The notes under the pieces are model-generated. The model had not been told where the DNA came from. It ran no database searches and saw nothing but the letters and a program-made list of their open reading frames with translations. This document shows, piece after piece, positions 34,602-44,549 of a stretch of DNA of 64,000 nucleotides. Each line of letters begins with the position of its first letter. The stretch's first letter is position 1. The position numbers and the translations under genes were made by a program. The stretch is taken from positions 5,616-69,615 of the IMG/VR virus record IMGVR_UViG_3300032305_001907; one strand, 5' to 3'. The DNA comes from a virus. Its lineage: Duplodnaviria; Caudoviricetes.

Positions 34602-34837
34602 CTCTCAAGAACGGCGCGGGCAATTACCACCACTTCACCACTGGTGGGACCGTCATTGGTGGCGTACAGATCTAGCCAGAGCTTGCGCAGCTCCTCATCC
34701 GTCGGCGGCTCCGGCGATGGGGTGGCTAGGGCGGCCTCAGCGCAATCAAGTGCCTCCCACCAGACACTCATATTTGTTCCGTTGCAAGCATCAACAAGTT
34801 CCGCGCACAATGCACGAAAGTCGGGGGTGGTGGTCAT
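34589..34837 (-). CDS. Hypothetical protein
   Basis: TPDFRALCAELV...ARAVLERWG; higher GC than flanks. Confidence 0.6.
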   Translation of the reverse strand: MTTTPDFRALCAELVDACNGTNMSVWWEALDCAEAALATPSPEPPTDEELRKLWLDLYATNDGPTSGEVVVIARAVLERWGK

Positions 34838-35082
34838 TTGCCCTCCAGTTCGGTGGCGATGGCGAGAAGATCAGAAACGTCTACACGTCCATCATCTTCA
34901 AATGGAAGTTTGTAACTAAGTTGATCTGCAGCAGCACGAAGGGCGGCGGCAATCTGATGGCTGCGGGTTGCGTAATAGTTGCCAGCGTCCACTGAGCAGT
35001 CCAGGAAGGCATCCATCACGGCCTGCGCGGCGGGTGTTAGCGGCTCCGGCGGTGGTGTGATCGGGGAAGATTTGCTAGTCAT
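34834..35082 (-). CDS. Hypothetical protein
   Basis: LTPAAQAVMDA...IAAALRAAADQ. Confidence 0.6.
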   Translation of the reverse strand: MTSKSSPITPPPEPLTPAAQAVMDAFLDCSVDAGNYYATRSHQIAAALRAAADQLSYKLPFEDDGRVDVSDLLAIATELEGK

Positions 35083-35456
35083 GATCCCGAAACGTAATGA
35101 GAATAAGAGGCTAAATAAGCTTGCAGATCATCAGCAGTGGGAGCAGCGCTAATCACTTCTTCATGCTGATCTTGATGCTTGATTAACATTGCCTGAAAAG
35201 TGAAGCGCATGTTTTCAAGATCATGCTGATGCGCCATGTTCTTTTCGTTGCCCATGGTTTCTTCTAAAGTGGTAATCCACCGTTGAAGATCACTAATGTT
35301 GAAATAGCTTTGCACCATGGGAATGGAACAAGCCATCACCACTTCGTCATTGTTTGACCGAGCGCTGATGGTGCCCGGTACGAGGGTGAGGATGCGAGCC
35401 ATGTAGGGAGTGGCTGGGAACTTGCTAATGATGGAGGACAATGGGGCAGAAGTCAA
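35079..35456 (-). CDS. Hypothetical protein
   Basis: 125 aa, ATGA-chained. Confidence 0.6.
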   Translation of the reverse strand: MTSAPLSSIISKFPATPYMARILTLVPGTISARSNNDEVVMACSIPMVQSYFNISDLQRWITTLEETMGNEKNMAHQHDLENMRFTFQAMLIKHQDQHEEVISAAPTADDLQAYLASYSHYVSGS

Positions 35457-35911
35457 TGGGAAAGGCTATAAGATTTTTTTATGGCCTTGGGGATGTCTTT
35501 GATGCTCCCATCGCCCCTTGCGAACGTGCCTCGACGCAGTGGCCTGTCCCTCCATGCCATGGCAAGGCAATGACAGGAACCAATGGGCACGATGTCGGCA
35601 TAGCGAATGGTGCGGTCCAAGATGCTCTGGTAGGCCTGTCGTTGCCGCTTAGACAATGGTGCAATGGGTTCGACAAGGGCAGCACGAGCCCAGTCGCTCA
35701 CTTCCGTGATGTCTTCTAGGTCTCTGGTGCGTATTACAAAGTGCTTACCACGTTGTTCAAGCTTGGCCCATGCTGGATGCACTGGGGGATCTTGAGAAGC
35801 AATGGCTTCAGCATCTTCCCTTAATGCAGGAGGAATGCAAATGTTTACTAAGGGGCGAACTTTAGTGGCCATGGGAATGCCGTAGTTAAAAGCCTCTTGA
35901 ATGGTAGTCAT
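35453..35911 (-). CDS. Hypothetical protein
   Basis: 152 aa, chained. Confidence 0.6.
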   Translation of the reverse strand: MTTIQEAFNYGIPMATKVRPLVNICIPPALREDAEAIASQDPPVHPAWAKLEQRGKHFVIRTRDLEDITEVSDWARAALVEPIAPLSKRQRQAYQSILDRTIRYADIVPIGSCHCLAMAWRDRPLRRGTFARGDGSIKDIPKAIKKSYSLSH

Positions 35912-36354
35912 TTGTTGAAGAAAGTGCCAATATCAATGTTGTCTTCTTCGCATTGCTCAAGAACAGACTGGACAGTGAGTTCTTTAAGCATTGCACGCCA
36001 TTCTTCATCACCACCAAAACTTCCCACTGATGCAAGGAGCCTGGCAGCGTTTGCAAGAGTGGTTAAATCACCGGCAGTTAATACAGCGGGGTGAGTGGAA
36101 TCAAGCTCAATGTGTTGTTCCAGCACTTCATCGTGAATGGCCATCCACTTACCAAGACAAAACAAAGTAATGTGCCTTAACGCTTCGTCACCATATTTTT
36201 CAACAGCCTCATCAATGGCAACAACCATGTCTTGAGGGACGCCCACTAGATCAGGATCGTCCAATTGCGTGCCAACTTCTTCTTCAATGATCTGACGATC
36301 ACCGCTTTTTGCTCCCATTGCTTTACGCAGGAAGTCGTCTACGGATTGGAACAC
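35908..36354 (-). CDS. Hypothetical protein
   Basis: 148 aa, chained. Confidence 0.6.
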   Translation of the reverse strand: MFQSVDDFLRKAMGAKSGDRQIIEEEVGTQLDDPDLVGVPQDMVVAIDEAVEKYGDEALRHITLFCLGKWMAIHDEVLEQHIELDSTHPAVLTAGDLTTLANAARLLASVGSFGGDEEWRAMLKELTVQSVLEQCEEDNIDIGTFFNK

Positions 36355-36406
36355 AACGGGAACGTAAGAGGGTGCGCCAATAGTCTGCCGAAACTAGGGG
36401 CAGTTG

Positions 36407-37120
36407 TCAAGCCTCTTCAACGGCAGCCGATTCCATGGAAGAAGCTTCAATGGCCCCAGCGTTGGCTTCCCGGTCTTTGATGTCGCCCACGGTCTTGGCA
36501 AGGTCATCCAGGAAGGTTTTGTAATCCTTCTTGTCTTCTGGCTGCGGATGGAGACCATGAAGCCCTAGAAGCTTGGCTTGTTCGACTAGACAGTTCTTGG
36601 CCACGTTCAGGAAAGAGGAGTCACCAGCAATGGTTTCCGTTCTAATGATGGACGATTCTTCGTCGGCATCTTTGGAAGCAGAAGTGGTGACAATACGCTT
36701 AATGCGACTTTCCTGGAAGCTATTCATTGCAATATTCTTCAGTTCCATTTGTTCCTTGAGGAGCCTGGCACGATGTACATCAGCGCTTTTAAGGATTTCT
36801 TCAGTGTAGAGCTTACGAATTTCGTTACGGTCAGTGCTTACTGTTTCCTTGCTCAAGTTGAGCACATTAGCGATTTGCCTATTGCTTAGACTTGCGGCAA
36901 GAAGCTCTGCTGTCATGTGACGACGATGGCCAACAGTTTCTTTGTTGTATGGAATCTTACCGGGACCAACACCCACTTCATTACGAATGCGATCAATTTG
37001 CTTGATGCTGAAGCCAGCTTCCAGCAAGGTTTTCACGCCATAGTTAAGTTCTTCCTCAGGCGATGGGAAAGAGATTTCGGGCTTAGCCATAACAACCACT
37101 GTTTGCCCCCATTGTATCAC
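36407..37120 (-). CDS. HTH protein, candidate terminase small subunit
   Basis: LSNRQIANVLNLSKETVSTD HTH followed by helices ending QAKLLGL, a TerS-like layout. Confidence 0.5.
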   Translation of the reverse strand: MIQWGQTVVVMAKPEISFPSPEEELNYGVKTLLEAGFSIKQIDRIRNEVGVGPGKIPYNKETVGHRRHMTAELLAASLSNRQIANVLNLSKETVSTDRNEIRKLYTEEILKSADVHRARLLKEQMELKNIAMNSFQESRIKRIVTTSASKDADEESSIIRTETIAGDSSFLNVAKNCLVEQAKLLGLHGLHPQPEDKKDYKTFLDDLAKTVGDIKDREANAGAIEASSMESAAVEEA

Positions 37121-37222
37121 ATTATCAGGATTGCGAATGAATGGCTGTTATTCGTTTTCCCAATAAAAAGGCCGCGACAGCGGCCCTTGAATCAACTTCT
37201 TGAAGATGCAATGGGAGGAAAA

Positions 37223-37420
37223 TTACTTTATGACAAAGAAAATACATTGGTCAATCATTGCCTTGCTCATGTAACACTTCCCAGAATCTGTTACCATATT
37301 AAAACCGAGAGTTTTATGAATTCCACTTAGCAGGTATAACATGTCTTGATATTTTTCCTCGTCGTAAGGTTGCTTTAGCCCCTTGAATATACCAAGAGGA
37401 GTGTGCGCGATGATTTGCAT
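37223..37420 (-). CDS. Hypothetical protein
   Basis: 65 aa from MQIIAH. Confidence 0.45.
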   Translation of the reverse strand: MQIIAHTPLGIFKGLKQPYDEEKYQDMLYLLSGIHKTLGFNMVTDSGKCYMSKAMIDQCIFFVIK

Positions 37421-37424
37421 GGTT

Positions 37425-37760
37425 TCAAAAAGAAGGAACAGCAGGTGTTTTAGGAGCAGCATATACGAGGCTTGTTTCTGTAGAAACCACTTCGTAATCA
37501 CCAAGATCATCTTGAAGCTTTTTCAGCTCTTTCAGCTCGGTTTCTTTGGCGCGAAATGTTGGTCCGTAGTCTTTCTTGTTGCGAGATTGAAGACGAACAG
37601 TGCAATGTTCACTTTCGTACTTTTCAATGTCTTCTTCCTCAAGCCAACTAGAAATCAAGTTTTTGATAAAGCACTCAGCATCAGCAAGGTTTTTCTGTTC
37701 TTCTTTGATTTCCTGGAGACGTTTCATCAAACTGTCAATGTTGGTAGTGTCCATGATCAA
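37425..37760 (-). CDS. Hypothetical coiled-coil protein
   Basis: 111 aa. Confidence 0.6.
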   Translation of the reverse strand: MIMDTTNIDSLMKRLQEIKEEQKNLADAECFIKNLISSWLEEEDIEKYESEHCTVRLQSRNKKDYGPTFRAKETELKELKKLQDDLGDYEVVSTETSLVYAAPKTPAVPSF

Positions 37761-37999
37761 AGGCCAGAAGGGGCGAGAGGTGGCACGGAAAAATTACGAT
37801 CAATCAACGAGACAATTTCACTTTTGCTTCCGCGCCAGTGACGTTCTCCTTTTTGATCACGCGCTGCATAAAGCATACGAGATGCAGGTGCAGGGCCTTT
37901 ATCGGGAATTGAATAGCCATAGTGGCTAATCACTTCAATTAGAGTGCCATTGTGTTCCTGCGAGGGAAAACGATCTGGCGTTTGAGGAGGCTTTGGCAT
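37757..37999 (-). CDS. Hypothetical protein
   Basis: 80 aa downstream of a sigma70-type promoter. Confidence 0.6.
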   Translation of the reverse strand: MPKPPQTPDRFPSQEHNGTLIEVISHYGYSIPDKGPAPASRMLYAARDQKGERHWRGSKSEIVSLIDRNFSVPPLAPSGL

Positions 38000-38047
38000 T
38001 GGCCAACAACGAAGAACTTTTCTCGGGGCGGCTGGTGCCGCCTGCTG

Positions 38048-38076
38048 ACTATAGAAGAAATAAAGCCAGTGGTCAA
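38048..38076 (-). promoter_or_regulatory. Sigma70-type promoter
   Basis: TTGACC-17 bp-TATAGT. Confidence 0.75.
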
Positions 38077-38200
38077 GAGGAAAGTTAAAAGCGCCAGCAG
38101 AACGACGGCCTTGGGGGCCTACCCTCTCGTGGCGCTTAGCGAAGGGAGCCTAGCCAGAAGCGCCGCAGGACACTGGCGAGCAGGGCTCCCAGGCGCGTAG

Positions 38201-38491
38201 ATGACTGAACGAGAAGAACGGGACGATTCTACTTCCCCCCTCCAAATAAAAAAGGACGATTTCTCAACTGGCACATGGCCTAATGGGCAAGCGCCATGGC
38301 ACCATGGCCCAAGCAATGGGCCAGGAGTGGAGCCAAAGATCACCAAGCTTCCGCCCAATGGCCCCGCAGCAGGCCAGTCGATGGAAGCATGGCTCTATGG
38401 CAAGAACAAAAACTGCCAGCGCCAGAGGGACGCTGCACAATGGCGCAGGAGATCAGCAGTAGAAGCCAAGTCAGAAAACAGTGGTGCCTAG
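38201..38491 (+). CDS. Hypothetical protein
   Basis: 96-aa ORF divergent from the 38048 promoter. Confidence 0.4.
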   Translation: MTEREERDDSTSPLQIKKDDFSTGTWPNGQAPWHHGPSNGPGVEPKITKLPPNGPAAGQSMEAWLYGKNKNCQRQRDAAQWRRRSAVEAKSENSGA

Positions 38492-38646
38492 ATAGGGACG
38501 CGCCATGTCCTGAAATTTCTCAGCATCTTCCCGAGACGGCCACACATTAGAAGCACATTGCAATTGGCCCTTTTCATTGGCCCATGCAAGGCACCATCCA
38601 TCAGTCGTCTCGGCAATCACCAAGGCAGGATCTTTTGGGACAATCA

Positions 38647-38808
38647 TTACTTGCCAAAGCCCTTGGAGCTTTTCTGTTCGTCCTTGATGGGCTCTTCAAT
38701 GTCCTCTAGGGCATCAACCACAAAAGAAGAGGAGAAGACAATATCCTCATCCTCTTCAGTGGTTTGCTCTTCAACGGGCCTAGTAAATCCCTTGTCCCAG
38801 ATGATCAC
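38647..38808 (-). CDS. Small acidic protein (53 aa, GTG start)
   Basis: MIIWDKGF...SSKGFGK; same frame as the primase, downstream of its TAG. Confidence 0.45.
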   Translation of the reverse strand: MIIWDKGFTRPVEEQTTEEDEDIVFSSSFVVDALEDIEEPIKDEQKSSKGFGK

Positions 38809-38832
38809 AAGCTCAATGCAACTATCTGGATT

Positions 38833-40860
38833 CTAGAAGAACCATTCCTCCTCTTCCGCTTTTTCTTCACAATCCACCCCCGGACTGAGTGGCGCCACTT
38901 CTTCCGTGAGTAGTTCTGTCATAGGAGCAGCAGGTACAAACTCCTCGCCATCGCCTGTTGCCTCTTGATAGTCCCAGGAATGGTACACTCTCGGGCGTTC
39001 TCCATTGGGGCCATGGAGGAATGAACTGGTGATAAGGCCTTGACGACGAGCCACTTCTAGCATCTTGCCAGTTGCTGCCACTTCGTAGCTGCCAGTGATG
39101 GAAGCAACTTCCTGCCTCGATAGACGCTGATGCTTCCGCATGTTGACAGCATTCACCACCTTATCGAGAGCATCTAAGGAACCACTGGCTGGACCCGCAT
39201 AACGCCAACCATAGGAAAGCGTATCGCGCTGCAGGTAGTGCTTACCAGTGAGGCCAGAGCGGCTCTTGAGCCATTCCATGGTGAATTGATTGGGGTCGGG
39301 ATTGTTCTCCGCTTTGGTAAGTTTCACCACTTCACTAACGTTATCAACAAAGCTAGTGCTATCTCGCAGACCTCCAGTTTTATTTAAGTGGTGAAGAATG
39401 ATGATGCTGCATTTATATTGATTGGCAATGTCGCGCAAGCCATAGATAACATCGCCCGCATTACTTTTCACGAGGTCTACGTCCATGCCAGCAAGGCAAG
39501 CGGTGAGGGAATCAATGGCAATAAAAACAGGGCGGTTCTTCCTGACATAATCTTCCAATTGTTTCATGTGACCAAAGCGCCAGTTCTCCCAGAATGCAAC
39601 AGTGCCAGGCTCAAGATTGGCATCTTGATAACCAATCACGCCTAATTTCTCGCTGGTATCAACAAGAGGCTCGTCACTTTGAATGATAAGGCTCTTGCCT
39701 TGCATGCACCTTCTATTACTCCATGATTCGCCCAGCGCAATGTTTAATGCCCAGTTGTAGACAATAGTTGATTTACCAGTGCCGCCTGATGCAGCCAAGA
39801 GCATCACACTACCAAGAGGCATGATTCCTGCAATGAGCCATTCCCTACATTGATCTGCATTGGCAATGGTGAGAGCATCAATGGTTTCGATTTCCTCCCG
39901 GCCATAAATGCGATGCTTGGCCTCTTCAATGATCTTATCAACATTGGCCTGGCTCATCTTCACGCCACGCTGCTCCAGCCAACTGCCTGTTTCGTAAGCA
40001 ATGCGAGCATCATTTGCATAGAGGCCAACGAAGTTCTCCACTGCTGAAATGATCTCCTCGTACGCAGGCTTACCATCCACTCCCGAGTGCTTGCTCTTGG
40101 AAACGATGGAAGCAATCAAGTCGTCCTTTGTTGCCCCTTCCTCAATGTAGTCACCAAGATCAAGCCCATTGCCACTTGGAAGATTCTGCCATTCCCACGA
40201 CCGTGGATCAGCATAAAGCCAGGAGGCGCCAGGGTTATCGGCCTCCACTTCTTTCATGAAAGCTACGCCCTGTTCGTCCCTGTCGGGAGCCAAGACGAGC
40301 TTCCTATTCTTAAACAATGAAGAGTAGTCACCATTGGTGCGATATTGCTTACTGCCACCAAGAAATGTGATAGAGGGAAGACCAATGGCCCAAACTGCCT
40401 GGCAAGTGAGTTCTCCCTCCACGACAATGATTGGCAGGCCAGTCTTATCGCTTTCAACAATTGCTTCCTCGTATTTATACGGAAGCACATTTGCCTTCAC
40501 TTCTTGAAGCTGGCTTTTGTGATTGGTGGAATTCTTCTCAATGGAGGGGAAGTCCTGCCAAATCTCTTTACTTCCAGAAGAGTCATCACGATGTACGATG
40601 ACAACTTCTTGGCCAGTAGTATTCTTGTAGGGAAAGGTGTAATAACCGGGCTCTCTCCTTGGCTTTTCCCATCGCACCATTGGAGCTAAGGTGTCACGAA
40701 TTTCTGCACGGTGAGCAGGAGAAGTGTCATGCCAGCATGAATAGGCACCAGTGGTTTTATTGACGCTGAAATCATTGCCATTGCATGCAGGGCAGATGAA
40801 TTTTCCCTTCTCCTTGCTGGGCTCCAGTTGGTCCAGGAAGTCCAGGATTGAGAATGTCAT
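38833..40860 (-). CDS. DNA primase-helicase (Zn finger + TOPRIM + AAA_25 helicase)
   Basis: CPAC...CWHD, VVEGELTC, LAPDRDEQG, AASGGTGKST, IAIDSL, IILHHLNK. Confidence 0.9.
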   Translation of the reverse strand: MTFSILDFLDQLEPSKEKGKFICPACNGNDFSVNKTTGAYSCWHDTSPAHRAEIRDTLAPMVRWEKPRREPGYYTFPYKNTTGQEVVIVHRDDSSGSKEIWQDFPSIEKNSTNHKSQLQEVKANVLPYKYEEAIVESDKTGLPIIVVEGELTCQAVWAIGLPSITFLGGSKQYRTNGDYSSLFKNRKLVLAPDRDEQGVAFMKEVEADNPGASWLYADPRSWEWQNLPSGNGLDLGDYIEEGATKDDLIASIVSKSKHSGVDGKPAYEEIISAVENFVGLYANDARIAYETGSWLEQRGVKMSQANVDKIIEEAKHRIYGREEIETIDALTIANADQCREWLIAGIMPLGSVMLLAASGGTGKSTIVYNWALNIALGESWSNRRCMQGKSLIIQSDEPLVDTSEKLGVIGYQDANLEPGTVAFWENWRFGHMKQLEDYVRKNRPVFIAIDSLTACLAGMDVDLVKSNAGDVIYGLRDIANQYKCSIIILHHLNKTGGLRDSTSFVDNVSEVVKLTKAENNPDPNQFTMEWLKSRSGLTGKHYLQRDTLSYGWRYAGPASGSLDALDKVVNAVNMRKHQRLSRQEVASITGSYEVAATGKMLEVARRQGLITSSFLHGPNGERPRVYHSWDYQEATGDGEEFVPAAPMTELLTEEVAPLSPGVDCEEKAEEEEWFF

Positions 40861-41018
40861 GAAGCAATGGACGGAACAACGCCTCCCACTATGGCAGGTC
40901 GCAGGCCATGTCGCAATGGTCTGTAACCATAAGGAATGCTGATGGCACAAGGCATTGCGCCAGTCGGGGCATCGACTATTGTGGCGGTGTCCATCAGTTC
41001 TCAGCCCATGAGCTGATC

Positions 41019-41258
41019 ATGAAGAAAAGTTACCACGACGAGCCCAAGACCAAGCGCCATGTCACACTGACGCAGACCGCTTCAGACCACTTGGACGCAA
41101 TCGCCAAGGAAGCAGGCCTTTCTCGCAGTGAAGCCATTGAACGTCTCATTCGTTCGATGTCTGTGTGGGAAGCTGGTTTTGTTCTGTCTGAAGATGGCTG
41201 GTCTTCTTGCGTTGACCACACTAACGATTCCCCTTTTCCAAACGATGAAACTAATTAA
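41019..41258 (+). CDS. Ribbon-helix-helix (CopG-like) regulator
   Basis: RHVTLTQTASDHLDAIAKEAGLSRSEAIERLIR. Confidence 0.75.
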   Translation: MKKSYHDEPKTKRHVTLTQTASDHLDAIAKEAGLSRSEAIERLIRSMSVWEAGFVLSEDGWSSCVDHTNDSPFPNDETN

Positions 41259-41511
41259 GCTTCACCAAGCAATCCTCATTGCAATGGGGAAAACTGATGC
41301 AGAAGATGCAGAAGTATTGTTGCACTACGAACGAAGTGCCATGGAAGATGGTTTTTCTCGGGCCAGTTCCGAAGGCATTAGCGACATTCGATTGGTTGAT
41401 GACTGGGCTCTTCCCGGCAACAGTCTTGTGACTGACGAAGGCCCAAAGCCCAAGAAGCTTGTCATCTTCTACGACAACCACTTCAATCTTGACAGCTCCA
41501 CTGAGCCATGA
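41245..41511 (+). CDS. Hypothetical protein
   Basis: 88 aa from MKLIKL. Confidence 0.55.
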   Translation: MKLIKLHQAILIAMGKTDAEDAEVLLHYERSAMEDGFSRASSEGISDIRLVDDWALPGNSLVTDEGPKPKKLVIFYDNHFNLDSSTEP

Positions 41512-42458
41512 CCCAAAGCTCTTTCCATGATACGATGATTGCCCTGCCTTCTCCTCTAATGGACACGCCTGCTTCCCTTGCTCTTGCCGATCGCATGAAT
41601 GGCCTATTTTCTCCCCTCACTATCACTGCTGAGCAATTCCTCAAGGCTTACGATCTCCCCATTGGAGAGCACGTCGAGAAGAATTACAAGGGCCTTTCCT
41701 ATCTGTCTTGGCCTTTTGCTTTCCGCTACCTCAAGCAGGAATTCCCCGGCCTATACGTTGCGTTTGAAGAAAGCACACTGGGCTGGCCGGTTTTTGGCCA
41801 AAACGGTTGCTGGCTTCTGCGCCCCTATCTTACGGATGGTTGCAGCCGTACTCCTGCGCTTGTATTTCCTCTTATGGACAACAAGCACAATGCTCTCAAA
41901 GAGCTTGATGCGCGGGCAGTAAGTGACAACATTCAACGGGCTAGTGTCAAGTGCATTGCTACTTTCACTGGTCTTGGTCTCAAACTGTACTCTGGCGAGG
42001 ACATCCCCAAGAGCGATGACAAAGAAGCAGCGCCCCGGATCGCGGTCCAACAGGAAGCTCCGAAGCAAGCAAGAGCACGCAAGACGGAACCGGCGCCTGC
42101 TACTGCAAGCGTACCAGTTGCTGGAGGAGAAGGGCCTGTTGCCTTCCATGGCCGCGAAGCCCTACTTGCATTCTCCAAGGCCAACCCCTTTGGCTATGCC
42201 GACGAACGCACCAGTATGACGCGAGCAAAAGCTGCTCTTGAGAATCTTGGCCTTTCCAAAGGCGACGATTTGAAAGATGGTGCCATGTTTGCAAATGTTG
42301 TTACGACAATGCTTGCTGCATGGACCACTGAAGTGCAGCTTTCGATGCCTAAGCCTGACATGGCAGCATTCATCGAGAAAGTGCGCTCTATTTGTGAACT
42401 TGGCACCGTAGATCAAGCAGTGGATGCTGTGAAGATCTTTGTGGCGTCAAAAAAGTAG
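41508..42458 (+). CDS. Sak3/DUF1071-like single-strand annealing protein
   Basis: HVEKNYKGLSYLSWPFA, VMDNKH-like PLMDNKHN, IQRASVKCIATFTGLGLKLYSGEDIP. Confidence 0.8.
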   Translation: MTQSSFHDTMIALPSPLMDTPASLALADRMNGLFSPLTITAEQFLKAYDLPIGEHVEKNYKGLSYLSWPFAFRYLKQEFPGLYVAFEESTLGWPVFGQNGCWLLRPYLTDGCSRTPALVFPLMDNKHNALKELDARAVSDNIQRASVKCIATFTGLGLKLYSGEDIPKSDDKEAAPRIAVQQEAPKQARARKTEPAPATASVPVAGGEGPVAFHGREALLAFSKANPFGYADERTSMTRAKAALENLGLSKGDDLKDGAMFANVVTTMLAAWTTEVQLSMPKPDMAAFIEKVRSICELGTVDQAVDAVKIFVASKK

Positions 42459-42557
42459 ACTTGGCAGCGGCCTCCTTTGCGAGAGCATTTGGGGGCCAAC
42501 TCGCTGTCGATGAATACAACGAACCAGTGTCCAGTCCTTTTGAATTCTTCCTTCCCG

Positions 42558-42836
42558 ATGGCCAAGAAAAAGCAAGCACCAATTGACTACACAAAAATGG
42601 AAGCCTGTCCAGTGTGTAAAGTGAGCTGGCAAGGGGAGCCAATTCCGCAGGAGTCAATTGACAATGGTTTTTATGATGGCCCTGGGTTCTTCTCAAAAGT
42701 GATTGGACTCTATTCCAGGGAAGAAGATAGAACATTCGCCTATCGTTGCCCTTCTTGTAATATCACTTGGGATCGTGATACTAATCAACGCATTCCATCT
42801 TTGCCTAATTATGAGGCAGTAAAAGCATCATGCTAA
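42558..42836 (+). CDS. Hypothetical Zn-ribbon protein
   Basis: CPVC...YRCPSC. Confidence 0.55.
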   Translation: MAKKKQAPIDYTKMEACPVCKVSWQGEPIPQESIDNGFYDGPGFFSKVIGLYSREEDRTFAYRCPSCNITWDRDTNQRIPSLPNYEAVKASC

Positions 42837-43597
42837 AACTTCCTAGGTACGAGCCCGACCGCATACAAATTGACAAGCGAAGGCATTACATTAGCCCTGA
42901 TGGCCTTTCTATGGTGCCAGCCGGACTCGTACTTCCTTCCGTTACGACCATAGCCAGTTCCTGCTCACCAGTGGGTAAGATCATGGCATTGATCAATTGG
43001 CGCAAGCGCGTTGGTGATCACGAAGCCAATCGTCGCACTCGTAATGCAGTGGAGCGTGGCAATTGGTTACATGGCGTTTTGGAGGATCTATGGAATGGCG
43101 AGGACATTGAACACCACCTAGAATCAAACGAAGCATTCTGTCCTTATTTCTATTCCATTGAATCTTTCTTGCAAACGATTGAAGCTCCTCTTCTCGTAGA
43201 GAGTGCAATTGTTTACTATTGTCCAATTAAGGGCATTGGTTACGCTGGCACGTTTGACATGCTGGCAGTAATGAAAGACAAAAAGATTGTTCTTCTCGAT
43301 TGGAAAACCAGTTACAAGGCAAAGCCTGATTATCAACTGGCTGACTACAGAATGCAACTTGGAGCCTATGTCCAAGCAATTGAACAAATGTATGGCATTG
43401 AAATTGATAGAGCCCATTGCGCTATTGCTATTCACGATCCTGACACTGGTGAGGGAGAAGAGGCTCAAATACTGTCTCTTACGAGCGCAGAACTTGCCTG
43501 TCAGGCCGCCATCATGAACGAAAAGACCAGCAGGTACTTTACGAATTATTACCCTGGTGGCAAGCCGTTTGTCATTTCCATTGACAAGGGCCAGTAA
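42830..43597 (+). CDS. PD-(D/E)XK exonuclease
   Basis: LPSVTTI, RGNWLH, YAGTFD, LLDWKTS, QLGAY. Confidence 0.85.
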   Translation: MLKLPRYEPDRIQIDKRRHYISPDGLSMVPAGLVLPSVTTIASSCSPVGKIMALINWRKRVGDHEANRRTRNAVERGNWLHGVLEDLWNGEDIEHHLESNEAFCPYFYSIESFLQTIEAPLLVESAIVYYCPIKGIGYAGTFDMLAVMKDKKIVLLDWKTSYKAKPDYQLADYRMQLGAYVQAIEQMYGIEIDRAHCAIAIHDPDTGEGEEAQILSLTSAELACQAAIMNEKTSRYFTNYYPGGKPFVISIDKGQ

Positions 43598-43609
43598 AGC
43601 GGCTACATT
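43581..43609 (+). promoter_or_regulatory. Sigma70-type promoter
   Basis: TTGACA-17 bp-TACATT upstream of the SSB-like gene. Confidence 0.75.
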
Positions 43610-43657
43610 AGGCAAGCCCTGAACAAGGGCTTCCAACATCCTCCAAGGAGCAACACC

Positions 43658-43912
43658 GTGGCAAATCGCCCTCCCATCACTGCAGCAATTGATCTCACGC
43701 CTGAGGTGCTGAATGCCCTCAAGCAAGCTGGTCCCAACGAACGGGGCAACTATTCTCTTGATATGGCTGTCTGGCCCAACGAGAAGCGCACCTCAGAGAA
43801 AAGCCCCAGCCACACCGGCAGCGTCAAGCTGAAAGGAAGCAAAGGCGATGGCCCCAAAGGCTATTCGAGCGTTTGGATGAACGAAACACCTGCTTCTGAC
43901 GACCTGTTCTAA
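43658..43912 (+). CDS. Putative small SSB-like protein (DUF736-like)
   Basis: NEKRTSEKSPSHTG motif, acidic tail DDLF, own promoter and terminator. Confidence 0.55.
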   Translation: MANRPPITAAIDLTPEVLNALKQAGPNERGNYSLDMAVWPNEKRTSEKSPSHTGSVKLKGSKGDGPKGYSSVWMNETPASDDLF

Positions 43913-43922
43913 ACGTAGCACT

Positions 43923-43946
43923 GGCCCCGAGAGGGGCCTTTCCTTT
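43923..43946 (+). terminator. Intrinsic terminator
   Basis: GGCCCC-GAGA-GGGGCC followed by TTTCCTTT. Confidence 0.7.
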
Positions 43947-43958
43947 CCCTCTACTACC

Positions 43959-44549
43959 ATGCACCTCGTCGATCATCAAATCAGCAAGCTTGCTGAAAAC
44001 GATTTGTTCATGCCATTTGTTGGCGAAAAGCGCCGCATGCTTGACAATGGCACCAAAGCAATTTCTTATGGTCTGTCACAAGCCGGATATGACTTGCGGC
44101 TATCGGAGAAAGAGTTTTTGATTGTTGACAAAGCATGGAACAAGGGTCGCACCAAAGTTGAACTTGATGCCAAGCTTTTTGACAACACTCTTCCTTACGA
44201 GGCCCCTCTCATTCACAAAGACGGTAGTAGCTTCTTCCGCCTACCTCCTTTCAGTTATGGACTAGGGCGCAGCTTAGAGCTAATCTCCATGCCCTCCAAC
44301 GTGATTGGTATTTGCGATGGGAAAAGCACCTACGCTCGTTGTGGCATCATCATCAATGTAACGCCCATTGAGCCTGGCTGGGTTGGTCGCTTGACGATTT
44401 CCATTTCCAATCCCACTCCTTTTCCGGCTCTCATCTATGCCAATGAAGGCATTGTGCAAGTGATGCTTCATTCCATTGAGGAAGTTGGGCAAGCTTATAC
44501 TGGCTCCTACCAAAACTCTGCTACGATAAGCCTACCTGCCGTTGGCTAG
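43959..44549 (+). CDS. dcd: dCTP deaminase
   Basis: ISYGLSQAGYDLRL, GKSTYARCGI, TPIEPGW.G.LTI, YANEGIVQ. Confidence 0.92.
   Translation: MHLVDHQISKLAENDLFMPFVGEKRRMLDNGTKAISYGLSQAGYDLRLSEKEFLIVDKAWNKGRTKVELDAKLFDNTLPYEAPLIHKDGSSFFRLPPFSYGLGRSLELISMPSNVIGICDGKSTYARCGIIINVTPIEPGWVGRLTISISNPTPFPALIYANEGIVQVMLHSIEEVGQAYTGSYQNSATISLPAVG

Noticed and set aside
38647-38835. Amber read-through extension of the primase-helicase
   Set aside because: The frame stays open ~60 codons after TAG, but an in-frame GTG gives a plausible separate 53-aa gene, and TAG/TGA act as normal stops elsewhere, so there is no sign of recoding
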